From an uncultured SAR86 cluster bacterium (GTDB lineage Bacteria; Pseudomonadota; Gammaproteobacteria; Magnimaribacterales; D2472), in the NCBI GenBank assembly GCA_964275585.1, contig CAXYCJ010000013.1:152021-216020 (forward strand): a stretch of DNA of 64,000 bases, read 5' to 3'. The translations under genes and the position numbers were made by a program. The notes under the pieces are model-generated. The model was not told where the DNA came from and made no database searches. It saw only the letters and a program-made list of their open reading frames with translations. Every line of letters starts with the position of its first letter. The stretch's first letter is position 1. This document shows positions 1 to 10,751 of this stretch, one piece after another.

Positions 1-51
1 TACTTCGCAAAGTCTAAAGTTTACATCTGATTAAAAATTGCTCAACTGTAT

Positions 52-612
52 TTATAGATTAATTACAGTTTTTTTATCGTCTCCGAGCATTAACTTAACC
101 AAAGCACCGTTTTCAAGCCATATTTCAGTTCTTGATGTGTATCCTGGATGAAAATAGGCAATAGTATTTTGTTTAGTGAGATATGAAGCTAACACATTAA
201 TCACCATAAAGTGAGTCGTCACAATAGCATTGCCTTTATAACTCTCAAGCCAATAAATTAAATCATGACGCCAAGTTTTAACAGCATCAGGCAATTCATG
301 AAGAGGAGCTTCAAATACTTTTTTTAGCCAAGCTGGCTTCTCTTCGTTTGCAATATTAGAGGAAGGAATCTCAATAAAATTATTATTGATAGCAAAGTCT
401 CTGTTTTGCTTAAGTGAGATTGGCTCCATGGTCTCAATAGCTCTACTTTTTGGGCTAGATAGTAATTCATAAGAAGAAAATTCTTCTGAAAATTCCTGGC
501 TGACATTTCTAGCTTGGATTATTCCATCTGGGCTAAGTCCTGGATCTAGATGCTGAGACCAAGAAGAGGCTGCTTCTCCATGACGAACCAAAATTATGTG
601 AGTTTGAGTCAT
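52..612 (-). CDS. Histidine phosphatase (phosphoglycerate mutase) family protein
   Basis: N-terminal LVRHGEA motif, SSPKSRA and a second conserved His (TTH). Confidence 0.85.
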   Translation of the reverse strand: MTQTHIILVRHGEAASSWSQHLDPGLSPDGIIQARNVSQEFSEEFSSYELLSSPKSRAIETMEPISLKQNRDFAINNNFIEIPSSNIANEEKPAWLKKVFEAPLHELPDAVKTWRHDLIYWLESYKGNAIVTTHFMVINVLASYLTKQNTIAYFHPGYTSRTEIWLENGALVKLMLGDDKKTVINL

Positions 613-640
613 ATTAAAAAATACCGATTATAATGAAAGT

Positions 641-1384
641 ATGAGAACTCCAAGAATTTTATGTGAAGCACTTAGATCTCCATCTATTCATAACACAAAC
701 ATAAAACAAATTCAGCACCTTGCCAAGGTTCTTAGAGCCAAGCCTGGAGATTTAGTCCAGCTGTTTGATGGAAAGGGAAGGGTTGCTGCAGGAAAAATTC
801 ACGAACTTACAAAAACATCAATAACTTTTTTAGTCGCAGAAATTTTTACAGAAAAAAATCCGTATCAAAGATACTATCAAGCAATTTTTCCGTATATTAA
901 AAAAGAGAATTTAATTTACTTGTCCCAAAAATTGGTAGAAATTGGAATTAACTCATTGGTAATCTTCAGGCCTGACAATATCGATCAATCTATAGCGAAA
1001 AAGGATGCGCGCAAATTAAATGAAAGAATTGAGGAAGCTGTCGTTCATGCATGTGAGCAATCTGGCTGCAATTATCTACCTCTTATTAAATATTGTAATA
1101 GCTTGAGTGATGCGCTTGATTGTGTATTGGATGAGGCAGGGCCAAAGGATATATTTGTGCTTGATACAATTGCTGATAAGTTATCACGAGATATTAAGGA
1201 ATCTGATGCAAAAATGATAAGTTTTATTACCGGACCAGAGTCAGGATTTTCGCAAAAAGAACGTTTGTTAATGGATCAACATAAACTTTTAAATTATAAA
1301 ATAGGTAATTACATTTTAAGAGCAGAAACTGCGCCTATAGTTGCATTATCCAAATTACATACATTGTTCGGTGAGGGCTTATGA
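641..1384 (+). CDS. rsmE: 16S rRNA m3U1498 methyltransferase RsmE
   Basis: HLAKVLR, ACEQSG, GPESGFS and ILRAETA motifs; lies upstream of gshB as is usual. Confidence 0.93.
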   Translation: MRTPRILCEALRSPSIHNTNIKQIQHLAKVLRAKPGDLVQLFDGKGRVAAGKIHELTKTSITFLVAEIFTEKNPYQRYYQAIFPYIKKENLIYLSQKLVEIGINSLVIFRPDNIDQSIAKKDARKLNERIEEAVVHACEQSGCNYLPLIKYCNSLSDALDCVLDEAGPKDIFVLDTIADKLSRDIKESDAKMISFITGPESGFSQKERLLMDQHKLLNYKIGNYILRAETAPIVALSKLHTLFGEGL

Positions 1385-2313
1385 ATAATACCAAGTCGTT
1401 ATTTATAACTGATCCTTTGCATTCGCTAAATCCAACAAAAGATACAACAATTTTATGGATGCAAGAAATTGCTGAGCAGAATGGTCAAGTGTTTCAATGT
1501 GAGATAAGCGACTTAATATATTGTGATGACCTCACTCAGGCCAAGGTATCAGAAATTTTAAATGTGACCTCTCAACCTCAAATTGCCAATACATTAGATA
1601 AGCTGATCGCTCTTAATGATTTTGATTATGTTTTTATGCGCAAAGACCCTCCTGTCAATGAAAATTACATGAATGCACTTCATTTACTATCTCAAGCAAA
1701 GCATGAGGGAGCCAATGTGATGAATGATCCTGACGCATTGAAAAAATTTAATGAGAAAGTATTTGCACTTCGATTCAGTAAATGGATGCCGGACACTAGA
1801 GTTATTTGCAAACAAGAAGATTTCATTGGCTTTAAAGAAAAATATCAAACAATCATTTTGAAACCCTTGGATGGGATGGGCGGAGAGTCCATTTATAAAT
1901 TTGATAATCTTGACTCAGAGCATCTAAATATTTTTCAGGATCTTACGAATCAGAATCAAATCATGGTTATGGTTCAGAATTTTCTACCAGAGATTTACAA
2001 GGGAGATTACAGAATATTAATCATTCATGGCAAGCCTTTCCCGATTGCACTGGCTAGAATTCCTCAAGGTGATAGTTTTAAAGGTAACCTTGCAGCAGGT
2101 GGCAAAGGCGAAGCAAGACCACTGAACTCAAAGCAGAAAGAAGTTGGTGAGGAGATTGGAGAGATTCTTATAGCCGAGGGCATTACTTTTGCTGGCATTG
2201 ACATGATTGGAGATTACTTAACTGAAATTAATGTAACGAGTCCCACTGGAGCAAGAGAAATCTTCAATCAAACGAAGCAAAACCCGATAACAGAACTTTT
2301 GAAATCCCTTTAG
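1381..2313 (+). CDS. gshB: Glutathione synthetase
   Basis: KDTT, MRKDPP, KPLDGMGG, GNLAAGG and EINVTSPTG motifs. Confidence 0.96.
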   Translation: MNNTKSLFITDPLHSLNPTKDTTILWMQEIAEQNGQVFQCEISDLIYCDDLTQAKVSEILNVTSQPQIANTLDKLIALNDFDYVFMRKDPPVNENYMNALHLLSQAKHEGANVMNDPDALKKFNEKVFALRFSKWMPDTRVICKQEDFIGFKEKYQTIILKPLDGMGGESIYKFDNLDSEHLNIFQDLTNQNQIMVMVQNFLPEIYKGDYRILIIHGKPFPIALARIPQGDSFKGNLAAGGKGEARPLNSKQKEVGEEIGEILIAEGITFAGIDMIGDYLTEINVTSPTGAREIFNQTKQNPITELLKSL

Positions 2314-2315
2314 CT

Positions 2316-2933
2316 ATGCAGCCTTTAATCTACAAGCAAAGAATACAGAGATGGGGGTTTCGAAAGTCTCTTTTTGTCTCCCTTGGATTTCATGGCTTAG
2401 TCTTATTTGGGGTGAGTTTTGTGATCATTCAGCAACCTTGGAAGTTTCAAGAAGAGACCATTGTAAATGTTAGGTTTGCAGATTCAGCGTTTGATATGAA
2501 AGGTCAATCCCTCGGAAATACAACTCTATCCAAAAATGATATTAAATCTGAGGCTGTGGTAGCTCAGGACGTGACACTCCAAAATGATTCGCAGTTTAGC
2601 ATCAGGCGCCTAGAATCTAACTCCTCTGTAGAAAGTTTTGAAGCAGTCTATCTAAATGCCTGGCAAAGAAAGATCGAAACAGCTGGGTATTATGAGATTG
2701 CTGACTCCAATGTCATTCAAGGAAACTATAGAGTTCAGATTAAATCTGTGGTCGATTTTAAAGGCAATCTCTTATCTGCGGATATTCTTCAATCTTCTGG
2801 TAACCCTTTGTTGGATGCCATGGCACTACGAATTCTAAAGCAATCCTCACCCTTTCAACCATTTCCAATTGACATGCTCTCTCGTTACAAGCAACTAGAA
2901 ATTGTGAGAGACTGGAATTTTTCGAGTTCCTAA
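2316..2933 (+). CDS. TonB family protein (N-terminal TM helix, TonB C-terminal domain)
   Basis: SLGFHGLV anchor; YLNAWQRKIE and SSGNPLLDAMALRILKQSSPFQPFP; gshB-tonB-(yqgE)-yqgF context. Confidence 0.8.
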   Translation: MQPLIYKQRIQRWGFRKSLFVSLGFHGLVLFGVSFVIIQQPWKFQEETIVNVRFADSAFDMKGQSLGNTTLSKNDIKSEAVVAQDVTLQNDSQFSIRRLESNSSVESFEAVYLNAWQRKIETAGYYEIADSNVIQGNYRVQIKSVVDFKGNLLSADILQSSGNPLLDAMALRILKQSSPFQPFPIDMLSRYKQLEIVRDWNFSSS

Positions 2934-2935
2934 TT

Positions 2936-3340
2936 ATGCAAATCCTTGCCTTTGATTATGGAACAAAGCATATTGGTATTGCTGTCGGTCAGACTATCAC
3001 CAGGACTTCTTCACCTTTGATGATCTTAAACGTTCAACAAGAAGGGCCAGATATTTGGCAGACCATCTTTCAATTGGTTGAAGAGTGGAAGCCGGATCGA
3101 TTGCTTGTAGGACAGCCTTTGAATATGGACGGCACACCAAGTGAAATGATGAAGAAAGTAAATAAGTTTTATATAAAGCTGCAACAAGAAACAAACATAA
3201 TCTGCGAGCTGGTTGACGAAAGGCTGACTTCTTTTGAAGCTAAACAACTGACTGAATCCGATTTAAAAGAAGTCCGAATAGATGACTTAGCAGCTAAGAT
3301 TATTCTTGATAGCTGGATGGAGCAAAATGTCCATTCCTAG
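2936..3340 (+). CDS. ruvX: YqgF/RuvX RNase H-fold nuclease
   Basis: LAFDYGTKHIGIAVG, GQPLNMDG, DERLTSFEA and DDLAAKIIL motifs. Confidence 0.95.
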   Translation: MQILAFDYGTKHIGIAVGQTITRTSSPLMILNVQQEGPDIWQTIFQLVEEWKPDRLLVGQPLNMDGTPSEMMKKVNKFYIKLQQETNIICELVDERLTSFEAKQLTESDLKEVRIDDLAAKIILDSWMEQNVHS

Positions 3341-5084
3341 CAGCTTTATAGATCAGCTGATTGACCAGGCCGATATTGTGGAAGTCATTGGAAGAAGGTT
3401 GCAGCTTAACAAAAAAGGATCAAATTTTTGGTGCCGTTGTCCATTTCATGATGACTCGAATCCTTCAATGGCAGTGAATCAAGATAAGCAATTTTTCTAC
3501 TGTTTTGTGTGCCAAGAGTCTGGAAATGCAATACATTTTTTAAGACAGTATGAAAATTTGGATTTTGTAGATGCTATTGAGACACTCGCTAGCTCTTTAG
3601 GGCTTACCGTTCCATATGAAAATTCCAAACAAGATAAAATAAAACCAAGCGGCTTGGTTGAACAAGCAGTTCGGTTTTATCAAAAAAATCTTAACAATAA
3701 AATCGCAGAGAAAGCGATCCAATATCTTAAAGATAGAAATATTACAGGAGAGACAGCGAAAAAATTTAATCTAGGCTTCGCTGAAGATAAATGGGACGCT
3801 CTTTCAAATCACTTAGGCAAAGATATTCCAGTCAATGAGCTTGAGGCCTCTGGTCTTTTTAGCCACAAGGACAGTAAATTTTATGACAGATTTAGAGGCA
3901 GAATAATCTTTCCAATCAGGAATATCAAAGGTGACTTTATTGCCATGGGTGGCAGGATTATTGACAAAGGAGAACCCAAGTATCTTAACTCCCCAGAGAC
4001 AGCATTTTTCAATAAATCCAATGAATTGTTTGGTTTATTTGAGGTCAGGGAGGCAGAAAAGAAGATTGCTTCATTGATTGTGGTTGAGGGATACATGGAC
4101 GTCATTGGGCTATATCAGCATGGAATTAAAAATGCCGTTGCAACCCTGGGTACCGCTGTGACACCAAGCCATGTTGCGAAAATCATGCGTTATACAAATA
4201 AAATTTTCTTTGCTTTTGATGGCGACTTGGCTGGCGGCAAGGCTGCCTGGAAAGCAGTTGAAAATACTTTCCCAATTATCAGAGAGGACGTGAACATTCA
4301 TTTTATATTTTTTGAAGACAGCCATGACCCAGATTCTTACATCAATGAGTTTGGGTTGCAGGCTTTTCAAAAACTGCTGGATGAATCTATGCCTTTATCA
4401 GAATATTTTTTATCAAAGGTTAAAGATTTTAATTTAGAGACCTTGGAAGGTCGATCACAGGCAGCTAAATTTGCTATTCCAGTTATTCATAAAATTAACA
4501 ACGTTGTTATTAAAGAAATATATGCCAGCGAAGTATCTCAGCTTTGTGGTATGGATGTAAAAAGCATTCAGGTTCCTCAGGAATCCTACAAAACAAGTCA
4601 ACCTTCGAATCAATCTCAAGCCAATCCCGCCATTCCTGTCAGAGTGAAGGCCTTAATTAATATTTTTAGTGCATTGTTAAGATATCCCTCTCTTGCACAC
4701 AAGCCAATCTTTGATGGGTTGACAAAAGATTCTAAATTTAATTTTTTATTAAGCATTCTGAATCTTTACAAAGGCATGCCAGATATTAAACCATCCCGGA
4801 TTATTGAAAGCTTGGAATCTGATCAGATTAAAGGTTATTTTGCAGAGGCGGTGATCAGTGAGCTTGAATTATCTGAAGAAAATGCACTGCAATTGATCAA
4901 AGATTGCATTGAAGTATTACTAAAAAATCAAAAAGATAGAGAGCAAATTCTGAAAGACAAGTATAATGTCAGCTCGATCACATCATCAGAGAGAAGAGAT
5001 TTACAGCAAATCATTTTAAAAAGAGAAGAATTGTCTGATGAAGATGAAAATTGGTTAAAAAAATTAAGTTCAAATCAAGATTGA
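3327..5084 (+). CDS. dnaG: DNA primase
   Basis: CPFHDD..CFVC zinc finger, KYLNSPET, VEGYMDV and FDGDLAG TOPRIM motifs; start moved to the ATG at 3327. Confidence 0.97.
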   Translation: MSIPSSFIDQLIDQADIVEVIGRRLQLNKKGSNFWCRCPFHDDSNPSMAVNQDKQFFYCFVCQESGNAIHFLRQYENLDFVDAIETLASSLGLTVPYENSKQDKIKPSGLVEQAVRFYQKNLNNKIAEKAIQYLKDRNITGETAKKFNLGFAEDKWDALSNHLGKDIPVNELEASGLFSHKDSKFYDRFRGRIIFPIRNIKGDFIAMGGRIIDKGEPKYLNSPETAFFNKSNELFGLFEVREAEKKIASLIVVEGYMDVIGLYQHGIKNAVATLGTAVTPSHVAKIMRYTNKIFFAFDGDLAGGKAAWKAVENTFPIIREDVNIHFIFFEDSHDPDSYINEFGLQAFQKLLDESMPLSEYFLSKVKDFNLETLEGRSQAAKFAIPVIHKINNVVIKEIYASEVSQLCGMDVKSIQVPQESYKTSQPSNQSQANPAIPVRVKALINIFSALLRYPSLAHKPIFDGLTKDSKFNFLLSILNLYKGMPDIKPSRIIESLESDQIKGYFAEAVISELELSEENALQLIKDCIEVLLKNQKDREQILKDKYNVSSITSSERRDLQQIILKREELSDEDENWLKKLSSNQD

Positions 5085-5135
5085 AAAAATAAAATTTGGC
5101 ATCACATAGATTGAACATATTAAATGAGGCATTGA

Positions 5136-6941
5136 GTGGATAAGCTACAAAAACAAGGTTCTAGAATTGCAGAATTGATTGAGAAAGGTCGAGAGCAAGG
5201 CTACCTTACCTATGCAGATGTTAACGACCATCTTCCTGAAGATATATCTGACCCAGATCAGGTTGATGAAATTATTGGCATGATCAATGACCTGGGTTTG
5301 CAGGTTCATGAGACTGCTCCTGACGCAGATACCCTTATGCTTGCTGAATCTTCAGATGATCAAGATGATATTGCGCTGGAGCAAGCTGCTGAGGCTTTAG
5401 CAGCTGTAGAGAATGAAACCGGTCGAACAACAGATCCCGTAAGAATGTATATGCGAGAAATGGGTACGGTTGATCTATTAACTCGCGAAGGAGAGATTGA
5501 GATTGCCAAGCGCATTGAAGAGGGCATGCGTGACCTTTTAGATGCTAGTGTTAATTATCCAGGCATCGTTGAACATATTATAGATTTTTATGAACTTGTT
5601 AAATCGGAAGACAAGAAATTAAGCGAATTGCTTACTGGTTTTTTAGAGGAAATGGAAGAAGTTCCTTCTGCAGGACCTGGCAGCGAAAAAGCTAAGCAGT
5701 TAGCAGAAAGTGATGAAGAGGTTGACAACGGGCCAGACCTCGTAGAAGTGCAAAGACGCATGACCAACCTAAAAAGACAGTTCAACAGGACTCATAAAAT
5801 TGTCGCATCTAAAGGCAGGCACTCCAAAGAAGCTAAGACAGAGTTTATAAAATTAGGTTTAATTTTTAAATTCCTTAAATTCTCTCCCAAGATGTTTGAA
5901 GATCTAGCATTTTTTGCTCGCAGTGACTTAGCAGAAATTCGCTTGCATGAGAAAAGAATTCAATTTTTATGCGTTAAGTCTGCAAGAATTCCAAGGAAAG
6001 ACTTTATTAGAATGTACAAAGAAAACATTACGAAGTTAAAGTGGATCGATTCATTAATATCTGGCAAAAAATACTCTAAAAAATCTCTGGAACATATCAA
6101 GTCTGATGTAGTTATTGCACAAAAAGCAATTAAAGCCATTGAAGATAGAGTGGGATTGAATCTTAAAGACATCAAAGAGATTAATCGCGCCATGTCTATG
6201 GGCGAAACAAAAATGCGCCGAGCCAAGAAAGATATGGTTGAAGCCAACTTAAGATTGGTGATATCTATTGCTAAAAAATACACAAACAGAGGACTTCAAT
6301 TTTTGGATCTCATTCAAGAAGGCAACATTGGCTTAATGAAGGCTGTTGATAAGTTTGAGTACAGAAGAGGCTATAAGTTTTCTACCTATGCGACCTGGTG
6401 GATTAGACAGGCTATTACTAGATCTATTGCTGACCAAGCCAGAACTATTAGAATTCCAGTGCACATGATTGAAACAATCAATAAGCTCAACAGAGTATCT
6501 CGTCAAATGATGCAGGACATGGGCAGAGAGCCTACGCCTGAAGAGTTGAGTCAAGAACTAGACATGCCTGAAGATAAGGTCAGAAAAGTTCTGAAGATTG
6601 CTAAAGAGCCAATCTCCATGGAGACTCCAATAGGAGACGATGAAGATTCTAACTTAGGTGATTTTATTGAAGATACTGTAATTCATTCGCCGCTTAAAAA
6701 TGCAACCGAGGACAGCCTACACTTTGCGACCGACGATGTTCTATCGTCCTTGACAGCAAGAGAAGCAAAAGTTCTAAGAATGCGTTTTGGCATTGGTATG
6801 AATACAGACCACACACTTGAAGAAGTTGGTAAGCAGTTTGACGTAACCAGAGAAAGAATACGTCAGATAGAAGCAAAAGCATTAAGAAAGCTTAGGCATC
6901 CATCAAGATCAAGTCATCTCAAGAACTTCTTAGACGAGTAG
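5136..6941 (+). CDS. rpoD: RNA polymerase sigma-70 factor RpoD
   Basis: Region 1.1, [24 protein letters not shown] and [16 protein letters not shown]. Confidence 0.98.
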   Translation: MDKLQKQGSRIAELIEKGREQGYLTYADVNDHLPEDISDPDQVDEIIGMINDLGLQVHETAPDADTLMLAESSDDQDDIALEQAAEALAAVENETGRTTDPVRMYMREMGTVDLLTREGEIEIAKRIEEGMRDLLDASVNYPGIVEHIIDFYELVKSEDKKLSELLTGFLEEMEEVPSAGPGSEKAKQLAESDEEVDNGPDLVEVQRRMTNLKRQFNRTHKIVASKGRHSKEAKTEFIKLGLIFKFLKFSPKMFEDLAFFARSDLAEIRLHEKRIQFLCVKSARIPRKDFIRMYKENITKLKWIDSLISGKKYSKKSLEHIKSDVVIAQKAIKAIEDRVGLNLKDIKEINRAMSMGETKMRRAKKDMVEANLRLVISIAKKYTNRGLQFLDLIQEGNIGLMKAVDKFEYRRGYKFSTYATWWIRQAITRSIADQARTIRIPVHMIETINKLNRVSRQMMQDMGREPTPEELSQELDMPEDKVRKVLKIAKEPISMETPIGDDEDSNLGDFIEDTVIHSPLKNATEDSLHFATDDVLSSLTAREAKVLRMRFGIGMNTDHTLEEVGKQFDVTRERIRQIEAKALRKLRHPSRSSHLKNFLDE

Positions 6942-6946
6942 TTTTC

Positions 6947-7023
6947 GGGCCTGTAGCTCAGTTGGTTAGAGCAGTGGACTCATAATCCATTGGTCGGAGG
7001 TTCGAGTCCTCCCGGGCCCACCA
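6947..7023 (+). tRNA. tRNA with CAT anticodon, most likely tRNA-Ile2 (lysidine-modified)
   Basis: GGGCCTG acceptor stem, anticodon arm GTGGA-CTCATAA-TCCAT, T arm GGAGG-TTCGAGT-CCTCC, encoded CCA; position after rpoD matches ileX-type tRNAs. Confidence 0.93.
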
Positions 7024-7107
7024 TTCATTAAAATCCTAGATAATACTAATAGAGAGTATTTCAGGTCTTGTTATTTTTATAAATTTTCTGTCATATACTT
7101 ATTAAAA

Positions 7108-7124
7108 ATTAAACAGTGTTTAAT
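7108..7124. promoter_or_regulatory. Perfect palindrome, probable TetR-type operator
   Basis: ATTAAACA-G-TGTTTAAT just upstream of the MMPL start. Confidence 0.55.
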
Positions 7125-7135
7125 CAAGGCAAAAC

Positions 7136-9841
7136 GTGATGGAAAAAATTCTTTTAAGGCTCACAGAATTATTTGGAAAAACTCCCAGCCTTATTCTTAA
7201 TTATAAAAAGCAAGTATTGACAAGCTTGGTGATCATCTCAGCATTTCTGTTGTATGGGGTTTTTAATCATACCGTTTTCGATATGTCTACTGACAGTTAT
7301 CTTGAAGAAGAAAATCCAGCACAAATAGCGCTGGATGAATTTCGCAGACAATTTGGCGGTGATGATTCTGTATTTATAATTTATGCTCCGAAAGATGGCA
7401 ATGTTTTTTCTCGTGAATCTTTAATTACAGTCCAACAACTAACTGATAACCTTGTTAACTGGAGAGATCTTGACAGGAGTGAATATCCCGAAATTCCGTT
7501 AGATGAGCTTTCCCATATTCGTAGAATCCAATCTCTCGCAAATGTTAAAGTCCAAGAAAGTATAGGAGATACATTAAGATCAGATAGACTAATTCCTAGA
7601 CAGCTACCAACCAGTGAGGCTGAACTCCAAAAAATTAAAGTTAGGGCTTTAAATCAACAGGATTATGTAGGAGTATTGTATTCAGAAAACGGTGAATACG
7701 GTGCAATACTGGTCCAGACAGACTTTGGAACGATACCGGTAGAAGGGTATGAATCTGTCCTAGATATTGCTGGCATTGAGCTGGCTGATGGCTTTGCAAA
7801 CTTTGATCTCACTTTTGACGATAATGCTGTTGTGCAAGACGTTGAATTTCAGGATACCGACCAATTGGCTTACTTCTCTTTTGATGAGGCCCTGACAGGG
7901 GTTTATCAAAAATATGCAAATGAGCTAAGCTTTTACACGGTTGGCACTCCTTCCATGATGGGGCAAATGCAAGGAGTGCTCAACCAGATGGCAGTGCTGG
8001 GCGTCCTAATGGTATTAATTTTTTCTCTGCTCTTATGGGTCTTGTTCCGCTCAGGAAGCGCACTAGTCTGGCCGATGGTCACCATAGCGCTCAGCGTTGC
8101 TTGGTGTTGGGGAATAACAGTTTGGATGGGTATTACTGTGTCCACAATGATCGCATTAACGGTGCTGCTTATTTTTGCCGTAGGAATTGCCGACTGTGTC
8201 CATGTGATGAGCGCTTATTTTAGTTTCAGACATGACGGTCAAGAACATAATACCGCCCTTTCACATGCTTACGAAAAAGTTGGCTTGGCTCTTTTACTTA
8301 CAACATTAACCACATCAGCGGGGGTGTCAGTCCTGGCAACCTCAAATCTAGAGCCAATCAAGGTTTTCGCTGTTATGTCAGCCCTAGGGGTCATTCTGGC
8401 CTTATTTTTTACTATAGTGCTCCTCCCAGTTCTTTTGGATCTCTGGCATCCAGCAGCGGTTGAAAGCAAAGAAAAACCTAGTCTGGCTGATAGATTGGGC
8501 GCCAAGTGGAGCTCTATAAAATCTATAAAAAAATTGGTTGTCGGAACTTGCGCTGCCCTGGTGGTTTTTGCTTCGCTCGGCCTAATGCTGGGAGCATTTA
8601 TTAATTTCGTGATCGCTCTTACTTATTGGATAATCAACTCTCAAAGAGAAATACTTGCTCGGGTTCCCATAATTGTTCAAAAATCGCCTAAGCTAATATT
8701 AGGTATTTTTGGACTGGGCTTTATTGTCTGCATATATGGCGCAACCAAAATTCAAATCGATACAAACATTGCCGAAATGTTTAAGGCTGACCACCCTTTT
8801 ACTGCCGCTGTTGAAGTAGTTGATCAAAACATGTCAGGTGCTCAGAACATGGAAATAATGATCGATACTGGGGTAACTGACGGTATGCTTGATTCTAAGT
8901 TGCTTACCGCTGTTGATGATCTGCAGACCCGAGTTGAGAGCCGTTATCCTGAAATTATTAGACGAACTCATTCCCTCGCTAATATTGTAAAAGATACAAA
9001 TAAAATCATGAATGGGGATGATCCAGAGTTTTATAGAATTCCGGATTCAAACCAAGCAATTTCACAATTGCTTTTTATGTTTAATAGTGCAAACCCCGAA
9101 GATCGAAGAAACCTTGTGTCAGATGATTACAGCCGATCACACATAAGTATCAGTGCCCGAAATTTAGGCTCTTACGAATACAAAGAACTCTTTGACAATG
9201 TTTCATTGGATGTCCAAGAAACTTTTTCTGATATTGAAAAAGATTTCCCAAATTTGGATGTGAATTTAACGGGAAGCATGGCAACTCTAATGGTAATGGC
9301 TGATGCAATCGCTACCTCTCAATTTAATAGCTTTGCCTTAGCCCTGTTAATAGTAAGTCTGATTATGATCATTGCGCTAGGGTCTTTAGGAGGCGGTATT
9401 ATGGGTATGGTGCCCAATGCCATACCAGCTTTTCTCGCATTTGGTTTGATGGGTCTTTTTGGTATCCCTTTGGACGTGGACTCCCTATTAATAGCACCTT
9501 TAATCTTGGGCATAGCTGTCGATGATACTATTCATTTTATGACCCACTACAGAGTGGAATTAAGCAAAACGGGAAGCATAGCCGAAGCGCTAGACAGCGC
9601 AATAAAAGAGGTGGGACAGGCCGTCATGTTTACAACAATGGTCATAGGGCTTGGGTTTGCTGTCCTAAGCTTTTCAGATTATCTAGGAATGGCAAAGGTT
9701 GGCTTTTTTGGGTCTATAGCAATATTTGTTGCGCTACTTTGTGACCTTTTTCTTATTCCTGCGATGATTATAATTTTTAAACCAAAGTTCGGTGTAAAAA
9801 ATGTAAATACCAAGATTGATTTCCAAGGAGTTACTGGATGA
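7136..9841 (+). CDS. MMPL/RND family transporter
   Basis: Two TM repeats with GIADCVH and GIAVDDTIH motifs, and large periplasmic loops. Confidence 0.92.
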   Translation: MMEKILLRLTELFGKTPSLILNYKKQVLTSLVIISAFLLYGVFNHTVFDMSTDSYLEEENPAQIALDEFRRQFGGDDSVFIIYAPKDGNVFSRESLITVQQLTDNLVNWRDLDRSEYPEIPLDELSHIRRIQSLANVKVQESIGDTLRSDRLIPRQLPTSEAELQKIKVRALNQQDYVGVLYSENGEYGAILVQTDFGTIPVEGYESVLDIAGIELADGFANFDLTFDDNAVVQDVEFQDTDQLAYFSFDEALTGVYQKYANELSFYTVGTPSMMGQMQGVLNQMAVLGVLMVLIFSLLLWVLFRSGSALVWPMVTIALSVAWCWGITVWMGITVSTMIALTVLLIFAVGIADCVHVMSAYFSFRHDGQEHNTALSHAYEKVGLALLLTTLTTSAGVSVLATSNLEPIKVFAVMSALGVILALFFTIVLLPVLLDLWHPAAVESKEKPSLADRLGAKWSSIKSIKKLVVGTCAALVVFASLGLMLGAFINFVIALTYWIINSQREILARVPIIVQKSPKLILGIFGLGFIVCIYGATKIQIDTNIAEMFKADHPFTAAVEVVDQNMSGAQNMEIMIDTGVTDGMLDSKLLTAVDDLQTRVESRYPEIIRRTHSLANIVKDTNKIMNGDDPEFYRIPDSNQAISQLLFMFNSANPEDRRNLVSDDYSRSHISISARNLGSYEYKELFDNVSLDVQETFSDIEKDFPNLDVNLTGSMATLMVMADAIATSQFNSFALALLIVSLIMIIALGSLGGGIMGMVPNAIPAFLAFGLMGLFGIPLDVDSLLIAPLILGIAVDDTIHFMTHYRVELSKTGSIAEALDSAIKEVGQAVMFTTMVIGLGFAVLSFSDYLGMAKVGFFGSIAIFVALLCDLFLIPAMIIIFKPKFGVKNVNTKIDFQGVTG

Positions 9842-10731
9842 TTGCAACAAGCTTACGATTATTAATTGGGTCCATGTTGTTTATGGTTTGCTTTAACAGT
9901 GCGTTTGCACAAGATCTCACTGGTTATGACATCATGAAATTGGTTGATGATGCTCAGCGCCGGACCAATGACTCTTCATTTAGCAGAATGCAGCTTTCGA
10001 GCTGTAAATTTGGTGTGACTAACGGGCGCATAACCTGCGCCGATAGACCTCGAGTAAAATCTCTGGAGTCTGTAGCAAAAAACTACGGACGGGAACTAAA
10101 AGACACCAGGGTGGTTACGATCACATTGGAGCCGGCTGCAGAACGAGGCATCGGCATGCTCAGCTATACATACGATGAAACTGGCCGCGACAACGAAACC
10201 TGGCTGTATCTTTCAGCCCTTGGAAGGGTCAAGCGCCTAGCGAGCGGAGATTCAGATGAAGAAACGGAACCAGCGTCACTATTTGGTTCTGAATTCACTA
10301 CTGAAGATACTGAAACAGGAAAACTCGAAGAGTATACTTTCAATATTCTCAAAGAAACAATAACGTCCGGTCGAGAAGTTTGGAAGCTGGAAATGATTCC
10401 AAATAAAGACAGAGCGAAGAAAACTCGTTATTCCCGGCAAGTTCATTACATAGACAAAGAAAGGTATGTCGTTTTGCGCTCAGAAATGTATGATCAGTAC
10501 GATAAAGAAGTGAAAAGACTAATGGCTTCAAGGGTTGAGCTTGTAAATGGTATATGGATGTCGCGCTCATTAACCATGATGAATCTCGTTACCAACCGCT
10601 TGTCTAATATGGCATTCGTTGAAATCTATACTGACCTAGACATTGAAGATGAGTTTCTAAGTCAACGAACGCTTAACGACGCGGCCTACAGAGAGACAGA
10701 ATTAGAGAAACTTCGGGCTCAACTAAATTAA
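9838..10731 (+). CDS. Outer membrane lipoprotein-sorting (LolA-like) protein
   Basis: Signal peptide, WLYLSALGRVKRL and SLFGSEFTTED; start overlaps the MMPL stop. Confidence 0.85.
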   Translation: MIATSLRLLIGSMLFMVCFNSAFAQDLTGYDIMKLVDDAQRRTNDSSFSRMQLSSCKFGVTNGRITCADRPRVKSLESVAKNYGRELKDTRVVTITLEPAAERGIGMLSYTYDETGRDNETWLYLSALGRVKRLASGDSDEETEPASLFGSEFTTEDTETGKLEEYTFNILKETITSGREVWKLEMIPNKDRAKKTRYSRQVHYIDKERYVVLRSEMYDQYDKEVKRLMASRVELVNGIWMSRSLTMMNLVTNRLSNMAFVEIYTDLDIEDEFLSQRTLNDAAYRETELEKLRAQLN

Positions 10732-10751
10732 CGTGAAATTGCCAGCTTAAT

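Noticed and set aside
6947..7023. Calling the CAT tRNA an initiator tRNA-fMet
   Set aside because: It has a paired G1-C72 and lacks the three G-C pairs in the anticodon stem; Ile2 is preferred, though elongator Met is not fully excluded
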